From: Cupriavidus necator
Lineage (GTDB): Bacteria; Pseudomonadota; Gammaproteobacteria; Burkholderiales; Burkholderiaceae
Length of the DNA stretch: 32,000 nt
NCBI RefSeq assembly: GCF_016127575.1
Contig: NZ_CP066018.1
Coordinates: 570,001 to 602,000, forward strand
Direction: 5' to 3'
The notes beneath the pieces were generated by a model. The model had not been told where the DNA came from. It did no database searches and was given only the letters and a program-made list of their open reading frames with translations. Every line of letters begins with the position of its first letter. Positions within the stretch are counted from its first letter, which is position 1. Shown here piece after piece: positions 1 to 8,061 of the stretch. A program made the translations under genes and the position numbers.

Positions 1-77
1 TCTTAAAGAGCATTGCGGGTTATTGTTCATGCATCGCGCCGGCCAGCGTCCATCACGAAGAATGAAGGAGACCGATC

Positions 78-914
78 ATGCTCACCACCCAATCCCAACG
101 AGAAGCGTTTCGCAATGACGGCGCCGTACTTGTAGAAAACTGTCTTGACCCGGCGCAGCTCGCTCAGTGCTACGAGGCGTTCAAGTGGAACGTCGCCAAT
201 CCGGGTCCGTATCACTTCCGCTCGCTGGACGGCACGAGCCTGCAGACCCATATCGACAACGCCAATCCGGTCGTCAAGGACAAGCTTGACGATCTGGTCT
301 CGACGCTACCGTTCGGAAAGATATTCCAGCAGTTATGGGGATCGGCGCATGTCTGGTATTTCGCCGAGGAGGTGTTCGCCAAGGAAGGTGGCCAAAGCGG
401 CCGCGGACCGTGGCATCAGGACACCGCCAACCTACCCTGGGCCGGCAAGCACTGGGGCAACGCCTGGATCACCTTCCAGCCCATTCCAAAGAGGAATTCG
501 CTGGAGATCATTCGCGGCTCGCATCTCGGCATCCAGTACGACGGGGCCAGCTTCGCGAATGCCGATGACCCGACCGATCCGCTCTACGGCGACGGCACGC
601 TGCCCCGCCTTCCGCATATCGACAAGGAACTCGCCGAAGATCCGAACGCCTGGGACGTGCTCTCCTGGGGCGTGACGCCCGGCGACGTCGTATTCCTGCA
701 TCCGCGTTCGCTGCACGGAGGAGCCGCCGTCGACGCCGACTGTCCGACCCGCCATACCCTGGTACTTCGATTCTTCGGTGACGACGCCACGTTCCGCGCC
801 CTGCCGCTGTCGAACCCGCGCTATGCCCGTAACGGGCCCCTATTCAGCGAAGAAATGGCCAAGCTCAATGAAGGCGAGCCGTTCCGCTCGCCTGTCTTCC
901 GCCAGATCGCCTGA
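78..914 (+). CDS. Phytanoyl-CoA dioxygenase (PhyH)-family Fe(II)/2-oxoglutarate-dependent oxygenase
   Basis: ATG at 78 follows an AAGGAGA Shine-Dalgarno at 63-69. 278-aa ORF. H-x-D motif in GPWHQDTANLPW and a distal His in HPRSLHGG fit the PhyH-type facial triad. Codon third positions are GC-rich like the neighbouring genes. Confidence 0.85.
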   Translation: MLTTQSQREAFRNDGAVLVENCLDPAQLAQCYEAFKWNVANPGPYHFRSLDGTSLQTHIDNANPVVKDKLDDLVSTLPFGKIFQQLWGSAHVWYFAEEVFAKEGGQSGRGPWHQDTANLPWAGKHWGNAWITFQPIPKRNSLEIIRGSHLGIQYDGASFANADDPTDPLYGDGTLPRLPHIDKELAEDPNAWDVLSWGVTPGDVVFLHPRSLHGGAAVDADCPTRHTLVLRFFGDDATFRALPLSNPRYARNGPLFSEEMAKLNEGEPFRSPVFRQIA

Positions 915-939
915 TATCGCCTTGGACGGAGAAGCAGCC

Positions 940-1347
940 ATGAAACGACAAATGATCAATCCCGGCCTTGCACAGGCAAGGCACTACGACCAGCTTCATT
1001 TCTCGTCGGCGACCCGTGTCGGCGACATGATCTGGGTGTCCGGCCAGGTGGGGTTCGATCTGGCGACGGCCACGGTGGGACAGGGAATGGAAGCGCAGGC
1101 CCGACAGGCGTTTGAAAACCTGAAGACGGTCCTCGAAGCCGCGGGAGCCAGCATGGCCGATATCGTGGAGATCATGACTTTCCACACCGACTTGCGCGGC
1201 GACATCCATGAGTTTGTGAAGGTCAAGGATGAATACCTACCCGACCGCTATCCCTCGTGGACAGGCGTGGGCGTAAGCCAGCTGGCCCGCCCCGAGTTCC
1301 TCGTCGAGATACGCGCCATTGCGGTCGCCGGCTGCGGCGCCGGCTGA
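940..1347 (+). CDS. RidA/YjgF/UK114-family (reactive imine/enamine deaminase-like) protein
   Basis: Internal ATG at 940 of track ORF 778..1347, 25 nt after the upstream stop, with a GGACGGAGAAG purine-rich SD. The 135-aa product (MKRQMINPG...VSGQVGFD...EFLVEIRAIAV) has the size and sequence style of the YjgF/RidA family. The 778 start would overlap the upstream gene by 137 nt and add an Arg/Ser-rich non-homologous extension. Confidence 0.85.
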   Translation: MKRQMINPGLAQARHYDQLHFSSATRVGDMIWVSGQVGFDLATATVGQGMEAQARQAFENLKTVLEAAGASMADIVEIMTFHTDLRGDIHEFVKVKDEYLPDRYPSWTGVGVSQLARPEFLVEIRAIAVAGCGAG

Positions 1348-1441
1348 CTGCCGGATGCCGCCGCCCCGTTTGCACACCAGGGTCGCGGCACACGATCCCA
1401 AAAGAAAATAGAACAGCGACAAAGCTGATGGAGACACCAAC

Positions 1442-2875
1442 ATGAATCGTCCCAATACGGTTGTCAGGCCGGATAAGCCATCCAGCATCCTGGCGAGGCT
1501 TGACCGCCTGCCGGTGATGGCTTCCCACTACGTCTGGGCCGCGCTGCTCGCGGCCAACCTGATGCTGGAGTATTACGACAACGCCATCTTTGCCTACGCC
1601 AGTCCAACGATCAAAGCCCATACCAATCTGAGCACGGAGCAGATCGGCCTCATCAGCAGCGCGTTCTTCATCGGGATGATTGTCGGCGCGCTGGTGGGAG
1701 GAAGGCTGTCTGACAGGTGGGGACGACGCTCGGTTCTGGTATGGACCACCGTCCTGTACTCGCTGGGCGCGTTAGCGACGGCGTTCGCGCCTACCTACGA
1801 GACCATACTGGCCTCCCGCGTCGTCACGGGTGTCGGCGTGCAGGCCGCCACATCGGTGCTGCTTGTCTATATCGCCGAGATGTTTCCCGGCAAGGCGCGT
1901 GGCCGTTTCGTCTCCATCGTGACGATCGGGTTCGTGGTCTCCGGCATCGGGGCTGCGGCGCTGGCGATGTTCTATCTCCCGCACAGCAGTACCGGTGCCT
2001 GGCGCAACCTGTTCCTGGCTGGCAGCATCGGCCTGCTGATTGCGCCCCTGGCACGCTTGGTCCTGCCCGAATCGGTGCGCTGGTGTGTGTCGCGCGGGCG
2101 GTCCGACCGCGCCGAACGCATCGTCAGCGAACTGGAAGCACGCGCACTGCGCCGCGGTCCGCTCGACGAACCCGGAATTGCCTCAGCTCAACAGAACGCC
2201 GCAGCACCAACACTGCGCGACCTCATCAACAACAAGGCCGTTCTTCGAACCATAGCCATTCTCACGCTCGGCTATTTCGGCGCCACCCTGGCCTACTACC
2301 TGTTCGGGCAGTGGGGCGTCTACTCGCTCGTGTACAGCCTCAAGTACTCCGAGGATGATGCGTATTTCATCCTGTTCCTGTGGAACGTGATCTATGGCGT
2401 CACGCCGTTCGTAGCCATGCTGTTTCTCGACCGGTATGAACGCAAATCCACCATCCTTGTTGTGTCCGTGCTCAGTGCACTGCCGTTGGTCGTGCTCGGC
2501 ATCTCGGCCACCAGCTGGGTGGTGATCGGTGCGGGGGGCCTCGCCTCCATCATCACCGGGCTCGTCGTCAACGCGTACTACACCTACATCCCGGAGACGA
2601 TTCCGACGCAGCTGCGCGCCCTGGGCAGTGGCATCGTGATGTCTGGCGGCCGGTTCGGCGGAGCGGCCGCCGGCGTCCTGGGCGCCGCGCTGTTCTCCGC
2701 AAGCGGCATGGCGGGTGTAATGCTCGCCGCGGCAGCCTGCTACATCGTGTTCTCCATCCCCGTCGCCCTGTTCGGCCCGCGCACGACCAACCGCTCGCTG
2801 GAAGCCGTTACCGACGAAGGGCCCGGCGCCGCAAACGGCGTGCGTCAATCCACGGACACGCCCATGGCCGCCTGA
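1442..2875 (+). CDS. MFS transporter (sugar-porter/SV2/NiaP-like metabolite:H+ symporter subfamily)
   Basis: ATG 1442 with a GGAGA SD 8 nt upstream. 477 aa. N-terminal LDRLPV...H motif, the MFS loop 2-3 signature GGRLSDRWGRR, about 12 hydrophobic segments and a central cytoplasmic loop (RWCVSRGRSDRAERIVSELE). Confidence 0.9.
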   Translation: MNRPNTVVRPDKPSSILARLDRLPVMASHYVWAALLAANLMLEYYDNAIFAYASPTIKAHTNLSTEQIGLISSAFFIGMIVGALVGGRLSDRWGRRSVLVWTTVLYSLGALATAFAPTYETILASRVVTGVGVQAATSVLLVYIAEMFPGKARGRFVSIVTIGFVVSGIGAAALAMFYLPHSSTGAWRNLFLAGSIGLLIAPLARLVLPESVRWCVSRGRSDRAERIVSELEARALRRGPLDEPGIASAQQNAAAPTLRDLINNKAVLRTIAILTLGYFGATLAYYLFGQWGVYSLVYSLKYSEDDAYFILFLWNVIYGVTPFVAMLFLDRYERKSTILVVSVLSALPLVVLGISATSWVVIGAGGLASIITGLVVNAYYTYIPETIPTQLRALGSGIVMSGGRFGGAAAGVLGAALFSASGMAGVMLAAAACYIVFSIPVALFGPRTTNRSLEAVTDEGPGAANGVRQSTDTPMAA

Positions 2876-2918
2876 CACGGCATGTCAGCAAATTGCCGGG
2901 TGGTTGTGTCCCGGCAGC

Positions 2919-4280
2919 ATGGATCTCCAGACCAAGGAGCACGGCAACGTGACTGAAGACTTCAAGACATACCGAACACTGGGCGGCTGGATAGAAAAGC
3001 CGGCCGATCTGCAGCCACCGCTCGAGGGCCACACCAACGCCGATGTGGTCATCGTCGGCGCGGGCTTTGCCGGCCTCTGCGCGGCGCTGGAGCTTGCGCG
3101 GCACCGCGTGAAGGTGGTCGTCCTTGAACGCGAATTCTGCGGCTATGGAGCGAGCAGCCGCAATGCGGGCTATCTCGCCGGCGGGCAGGGACTCAAGTAC
3201 GACCGCTTCCTCAAGCGCGCAGGCCATGAGAAAGCAAGGCAGATCGTCCGCTTCTACGAGGACGGCGTCAGCTTCGCCGAAGGCAAGTTCGCCGAGCACG
3301 GGATAGACTGCGACTACAACCAATCGGGACTGATCCGTGCCGGCATCGACCCCTCACAGGAAGCCAGGGTGCGCGACGATATGCGCATCAGCGCCGAACT
3401 CGGATGCCCATCGGAGTATCTGGACCAGGCCGAGATGCGCGCACGCGGCATCCCGCCAGCGTTCCTGTTCGGCAGCTACGTGTCGAACGGCGGCACGCTC
3501 GATCCCGGCAAGTACGTCCTGGGGCTGCGGCGCGCAGCCCTGCAGGCGGGCGTGACGATCCACGAGAACACGCCGTTGCTGTCCTACACCGAAGGACCGA
3601 CCGTCAAGGTGCGGACGCCGCGCGGCAGCGTCAGCGCGCCGGTCATGATCCTGGCCACCAACGCCTACACGCCGCAACTCGGCCCGCTCGCGGACAAGGT
3701 GGTGCCATTGCGGCTGTCGGCCATGGAAACCGAACCGCTTTCCCCCGTCCAGCTGGCCGCGCTTGGGTGGCATCGTCGCGAAGGCATCACGACCATGCAC
3801 TGGGTCATGGAGAGCCATCGCCTGACGGCGCGCAACACGCTGGTCGTGACGACCAAGCGCCTGCGCTACCCGTTCGGCTCGCAGACTCCGGACGTGCCAG
3901 AGCATGCCCAACATCGGGCGCTGCGGATGGCCCTTCACGACCGCTTTCCACCCCTGAAGGGCATCGCCATCCGGCGCAGCTGGAGCGGCTACATCAGCTA
4001 TGCCGACGATGGCCTGCCGGTGATCGGCACCACCGGAGCGGATCGGAACATCTACTACGCGGCGGGATGTTCCGGCCACGGCGTCGGCACACAGGGCATG
4101 GTCGGACACATGCTGGCCGGGAAGATCTGCGGTATCGAAAACCCGCTGCTTGCGATGCTGATGCAACACATCCCCCCATTGACGCTGCCCGAGCCGCTGC
4201 GCTGGTTTGCTCTCAACGGCGCCCTGAAGGTCGCAAGCAGGCTCGATGAACGCTCGAACCGCAAGGCACGCGCCGCATGA
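2919..4280 (+). CDS. FAD-dependent oxidoreductase, DAO family (gamma-glutamylputrescine-oxidase/PuuB-like); paralog A
   Basis: The track ORF starts at TTG 2904 and the first ATG is at 2919. An in-frame GTG at 2949 has the better SD (AAGGAG 2934-2939), so the start is uncertain by 30 nt. Dinucleotide fold ADVVIVGAGFAGLCAALELA...LEREFCGYGASSRNAGYL. Roughly two-thirds identical by eye over the full length to the minus-strand ORF at 20053..21402. Confidence 0.85.
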   Translation: MDLQTKEHGNVTEDFKTYRTLGGWIEKPADLQPPLEGHTNADVVIVGAGFAGLCAALELARHRVKVVVLEREFCGYGASSRNAGYLAGGQGLKYDRFLKRAGHEKARQIVRFYEDGVSFAEGKFAEHGIDCDYNQSGLIRAGIDPSQEARVRDDMRISAELGCPSEYLDQAEMRARGIPPAFLFGSYVSNGGTLDPGKYVLGLRRAALQAGVTIHENTPLLSYTEGPTVKVRTPRGSVSAPVMILATNAYTPQLGPLADKVVPLRLSAMETEPLSPVQLAALGWHRREGITTMHWVMESHRLTARNTLVVTTKRLRYPFGSQTPDVPEHAQHRALRMALHDRFPPLKGIAIRRSWSGYISYADDGLPVIGTTGADRNIYYAAGCSGHGVGTQGMVGHMLAGKICGIENPLLAMLMQHIPPLTLPEPLRWFALNGALKVASRLDERSNRKARAA

Positions 4281-4367
4281 AGGAGCGCCGGCGGCTGCTA
4301 CGCGATTGCATGACAGCAGGGCCTTGCGAAACCCCTGCATCCCCCGAAACTCACTACGGATGTACTC

Positions 4368-5672
4368 ATGACAGATCTGTACGATGTTGCCGTGATTGGC
4401 GCTGGCTTTGCAGGCGTTACTGCTGCACGGGACCTCAGCATGGCAGGCCATTCAGTGGTACTGCTCGAAGCGCGTGACCGGATTGGCGGCCGGACCTGGT
4501 GGGGAAAGGCCCTTGGCCTGCACCTCGATCTGGGCGGCACCTACGTGCACTGGACCCAGGCGCATGTGTGGCGCGAACTCAAGCGCTATGGCATCGGGCT
4601 GGCGACGCCAATGCCGGTGACGAGAGCCTACTGGTACGCCGACGGCGCGGTGCACACCGGGACGTGGGAGCAACTCCACCAACTGACCGCGCCGCTGGTC
4701 GCCCGCTTCTTTGCCGATGCCCGGATGCACTTTCCCCAGGTGGATGACCTGGCAGCAGCCGATGTCAGCGCGATCGACAGGCAAACCATCGGCGACCGGC
4801 TTGACGCGCTTGAACTCTCCGCGCACGACCGTGACCTGCTGGTCAACGCGATGTCCATCCTGGTTTGCTCTGAACACGAGCAGGGACTCGCGCAACTGCT
4901 GTTCTGGTGCGCGATCTGCTTTGGCAGCTGGAGCGCGTTCAAGGAAGTCGCCGGCCACTGGCCGATCGAGGGCGGCACCGGTCGCCTGATCGACGCCATG
5001 AGCGCCGAGTCGACAGCTGAGTTGCGCCTCTCGACGCCGGTGGCCGCTGTCGATGACAACGGGCATGAGGTCATCGTGACCACCCGCGATGGACAGCGTA
5101 TCCGGGCCCGGCGCGCCGTGGTGGCATTGCCGCTGAACATGCTGAGCGAGTTTTCCGTCACGCCTGCGCTGCCGCAACCCGTGCGCGCCATGATCGAGCA
5201 AAAGAACCCGATCATGCCCAGCAAGATCTGGGTACGGGTCAGGGGCGAGATCGAGCCCTTCGTGATCTATGCGCCGGCGGGCAAGCATCCCATCAATACC
5301 GCCCATGCCGAACGCCGCGACGATGGCGATACGCTGGTGGTGTGCTTCTGCGCCGATCCCTCAACGCTGGACGGCAATGACCGCGAGGCAGTACAGCAGG
5401 CGCTGCGGGACTTCATTCCGGACATCGAAGTAGTGGACACCGTCTGCCAGGATTGGGCGAACGACCCGTTTTCCAAAGGCGGATGGATGCATCACCGCCC
5501 CGGCAATCTGACGCAGGCAGCTCCCTTGATGCGACAGCCCCACGGCCGCATCCATTTCGCAGGAGCGGACATAGCGCCGATCGGGGTTGGCGGCATCGAC
5601 GGTGCCATCGAGACCGGCACTAGGGCTGCCGCTGACGTCGCCCGCGCCCTGGATGGCGCCCATCATCCCTGA
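4368..5672 (+). CDS. Flavin-containing amine oxidase family protein, cytoplasmic (no signal peptide)
   Basis: ATG 4368. 434 aa. YDVAVIGAGFAGVTAARDL...LLEARDRIGGRTWW...GGTYVHWTQAHVWRELKRYG is the GxGxxG + GGR motif set of flavin amine oxidases. The Rossmann fold starts at residue 5, so there is no room for an export signal. Confidence 0.9.
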   Translation: MTDLYDVAVIGAGFAGVTAARDLSMAGHSVVLLEARDRIGGRTWWGKALGLHLDLGGTYVHWTQAHVWRELKRYGIGLATPMPVTRAYWYADGAVHTGTWEQLHQLTAPLVARFFADARMHFPQVDDLAAADVSAIDRQTIGDRLDALELSAHDRDLLVNAMSILVCSEHEQGLAQLLFWCAICFGSWSAFKEVAGHWPIEGGTGRLIDAMSAESTAELRLSTPVAAVDDNGHEVIVTTRDGQRIRARRAVVALPLNMLSEFSVTPALPQPVRAMIEQKNPIMPSKIWVRVRGEIEPFVIYAPAGKHPINTAHAERRDDGDTLVVCFCADPSTLDGNDREAVQQALRDFIPDIEVVDTVCQDWANDPFSKGGWMHHRPGNLTQAAPLMRQPHGRIHFAGADIAPIGVGGIDGAIETGTRAAADVARALDGAHHP

Positions 5673-5679
5673 TCCGGTG

Positions 5680-6339
5680 CTACGTGCGCGCCGCCCGTCC
5701 GCCAGGCTTCTGCTCCCCTGGCACGGGCGCAACCAGCACCGCCAGGGCATCGATCAGCGCCCGCATTCGCTTTGGCGTGAATCGCTTGGGCTCGATGGGG
5801 TACATCATCATCCACCCGTCGCCCATGGCAACGAGCTGGTCGGTGAGGATGTCCGCCGAAATATCGTTGCGGACCGTCCCCCGTTCCTGAGCGTCCTTGA
5901 CAATGGCGGCGAGCAAGCGGCGATAACGCGCGTAGCGCCTGGCGATGACTTCCGCAAACGCTGGCTCGTGTCGCCCCTGCGCCAGCAACTCCGATGTCGC
6001 CGGCCAGAACCTCGTGCTGCGGTCCGTCAGCCTTATCCAGCTTTCGAACGGCGCGAGGATGTCACCCCTTTCCCGGGCCGACTCCAGCATCGCGTCGAAA
6101 CGGTCGAATGCGCTTTCCATCAGCGCCACCACCAGCTCTTCCTTGTTCGCGAAGTAATACGTCACCGCGCCAGTGGTGTAGCCCGCATGCTTGGCAACCT
6201 TGCGCAGCGATGCGTTGGCATATCCCTCCTGTGCAATCACCATTGATGCCGCGCGCAGCAGCTCCTTGCGCTTCGCTTCGCGGTCGCCGACCGGACGACC
6301 CCGGGTTGAGACCTGCTCGATATCGTCGTCGCTGTCCAT
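5680..6339 (-). CDS. TetR/AcrR-family transcriptional regulator (A)
   Basis: 219 aa, ATG at 6339. N-terminal HTH ...LLRAASMVIAQEGYANASLRKVAKHAGYTTGAVTYYFANKEELV is typical of TetR. It is convergent with the amine oxidase (stops 7 nt apart) and divergent from the porin gene. Confidence 0.9.
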   Translation of the reverse strand: MDSDDDIEQVSTRGRPVGDREAKRKELLRAASMVIAQEGYANASLRKVAKHAGYTTGAVTYYFANKEELVVALMESAFDRFDAMLESARERGDILAPFESWIRLTDRSTRFWPATSELLAQGRHEPAFAEVIARRYARYRRLLAAIVKDAQERGTVRNDISADILTDQLVAMGDGWMMMYPIEPKRFTPKRMRALIDALAVLVAPVPGEQKPGGRAART

Positions 6340-6409
6340 GTTCTGTTCTGTCTCTTGAGGATTTCGATAACTGGATGCCGACTGGTTAGCCGCCAGAAGC
6401 CTGATTTTA

Positions 6410-6436
6410 CAGAATCGACGTTATGTTCTGATTCTA
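6410..6436. promoter_or_regulatory. Imperfect inverted repeat (AGAATC-N13-GATTCT, overlapping CAGAA-N11-TTCTG), candidate TetR-A operator
   Basis: Read directly in the AT-richer stretch 70-100 nt upstream of the TetR-A ATG (6339). The octamer ATGTTCTG also occurs twice (6338-6345 and 6423-6430). The arms are short, so this could be chance. Confidence 0.25.
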
Positions 6437-6612
6437 GCCTCTCCAGCGTTCTCGCCTCCAGCATCTCCCAGATGCGGCGCATTCCATCCGGATCGCGAAG
6501 CCTGTGTCCGCACACGCCAGCATATGGCAACGCCTGTGCCCCTCTCCTTGCCGGGACCACGCAGGGAATACCCGCCCTTTCTATTTAACATCACGCTCGT
6601 TATGCTAATTCA

Positions 6613-6628
6613 CGATTCGCGCGAATCG
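6613..6628. promoter_or_regulatory. Perfect 16-bp palindrome CGATTCGCGCGAATCG in the TetR-A/porin divergent intergenic region
   Basis: Read directly. The sequence equals its own reverse complement. It lies about 130-175 nt upstream of the candidate porin starts and about 275 nt from the TetR-A ATG. Its function is unproven. Confidence 0.35.
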
Positions 6629-6787
6629 CCGGGCAGGACTTCAGGAAGAGTGCGCGGCCGATGTTCTTGCATGCGGCCGCCAGGCAACTGACAAACATGG
6701 AGATTGTTGATGGATGCATTCAGGCGTAATGCGTTGAGCAAGGATGGTGCCGTCGTCATGGAACAGCGCCGTGAGGAGAAACACCGA

Positions 6788-7948
6788 GTGCCGCGCAATG
6801 TGGCACGCAACTGGGGCACCACGCCTGTTATCGCACTGGCAGCACTTGGTGCCTTCGCAGGCGCGGCACATGCTCAGTCCTCCATCACGTTGTACGGTAC
6901 GCTGGACACCAACCTTGAAATCGATACCAACTTCAAGAGCGCGGGCGGCGGCTCGGCCAATCGATACGCGCTGAACGGCGAAGGCCTGTCTGGTTCGCGT
7001 TGGGGTCTGCGCGGCGTGGAGGATCTCGGCGGCGGCGTGAACGGCGTCTTTGTGCTGGAAAGCGGCGTCGGCGGCGACGATGGCACCATGCAGCAAGGCG
7101 GCCGCCTGTTTGGCCGGCAGGCATTCATCGGCCTGCAGAGCGCCACCTACGGCAAGATCACCTTCGGGCGCCAATACACCTCGATGCTCGAGGCACTGGC
7201 CAACTTCTCGCCGGCGGCCATGTCGAGCCTGTATGAACCCGTCATCGCCCAGATCGGACCGGTGTACCGCGAAGACAACACCGTCAAGTATTCCGGGACC
7301 TTCGGTCCGGTCAGCGTCGGGGCCCACTGGAGTTTTGGCACCGGCGGAAGCAGCGGCACCGTGGACCTCAGCCGCCTTGGCGGATCGGGAGAGGTTCCGG
7401 GCCAGTTTCGCCGCGATACCGGCTATGGTGCCCGGGCGTCCTATACGGCAGGGCCGTTCAGCGCTACCGTGACCTATGATCAGGTGAACCCGAGCATCAT
7501 CGGCAATAGCGGCTTCGCCGGTACCGGCACATTCAAGAAGGCCGCCGCAGCAGCCAGCTACGCCGTCGGGCCCGCGATCTTCATGAGTGGATACCGCTGG
7601 GGCATGTCGACTGCGCCGGGGCAGACACTGACGCGCGACAATCTGTACTGGGCTGGCGTCTACTACGAGATGACGCCTGCCCTGAGCCTGACGCTGGACT
7701 ACTACTACCAGACCTTCCGGTCCTCGACCTTGCCGGCGCTGAGGCCTGCGGGCAATCCAAGGCAGCTGATGTTCATCGCCGACTACCACCTCTCCAAGCG
7801 TACGGACCTGTATCTGACCACCGCCTATGCGAAGAATGCTGGCCTGTGCCTGGACACCGCATCCATTGCGTTCAACAACGGCTATCAACCGGGTGCTGGC
7901 AAGACCAGCATGTTCGGCGCCGCACTAGGTATCCGCCACAACTTCTGA
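6788..7948 (+). CDS. General outer-membrane porin (Burkholderiales OmpC/Porin_4 type)
   Basis: Signal peptide ...VIALAALGAFAGAAHA/QSS. Then ITLYGTLDTNLE, GSRWGLRGVEDLGGG, FGRQAFIGL and a C-terminal ...ALGIRHNF with terminal Phe. Start uncertain: GTG 6788 (SD GAGGAGA 6773-6779, 8-nt spacer) is preferred, with ATG 6758 or GTG 6800 as alternatives. Confidence 0.85.
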   Translation: MPRNVARNWGTTPVIALAALGAFAGAAHAQSSITLYGTLDTNLEIDTNFKSAGGGSANRYALNGEGLSGSRWGLRGVEDLGGGVNGVFVLESGVGGDDGTMQQGGRLFGRQAFIGLQSATYGKITFGRQYTSMLEALANFSPAAMSSLYEPVIAQIGPVYREDNTVKYSGTFGPVSVGAHWSFGTGGSSGTVDLSRLGGSGEVPGQFRRDTGYGARASYTAGPFSATVTYDQVNPSIIGNSGFAGTGTFKKAAAAASYAVGPAIFMSGYRWGMSTAPGQTLTRDNLYWAGVYYEMTPALSLTLDYYYQTFRSSTLPALRPAGNPRQLMFIADYHLSKRTDLYLTTAYAKNAGLCLDTASIAFNNGYQPGAGKTSMFGAALGIRHNF

Positions 7949-7984
7949 GCGCGACGGATATCCTCAAACCGTTGCCGATGCCAA

Positions 7985-8019
7985 CCCGATGCGATGCTGC
8001 TTCAGCGATCTGCATCGGG
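7985..8019. terminator. Stem-loop between convergent gene ends (porin stop 7948, MBL stop 8062), putative bidirectional terminator
   Basis: CCCGATGC-GAT-GCTG / loop CTT / CAGC-(G)-ATC-(T)-GCATCGGG gives about 15 bp of pairing with two single-base bulges. There is no U-tract on either side, so the terminator function is inferred from position only. Confidence 0.45.
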
Positions 8020-8061
8020 ACATGGCGCGAGGGCCACTGCCGAAATGGCCTCCAAGGTATG

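Noticed and set aside
27-251. 74-aa minus-strand ORF at the left edge, overlapping the PhyH gene start.
   Set aside because: It overlaps the strongly supported + strand gene and its SD, has no motif, and is short. It is probably a shadow ORF.
5672-5680. Convergent stop codons of the amine oxidase and TetR-A only 7 nt apart, with no room for a terminator.
   Set aside because: This is unusual but not informative on its own. Transcripts probably terminate inside the opposing gene. No specific element can be supported.
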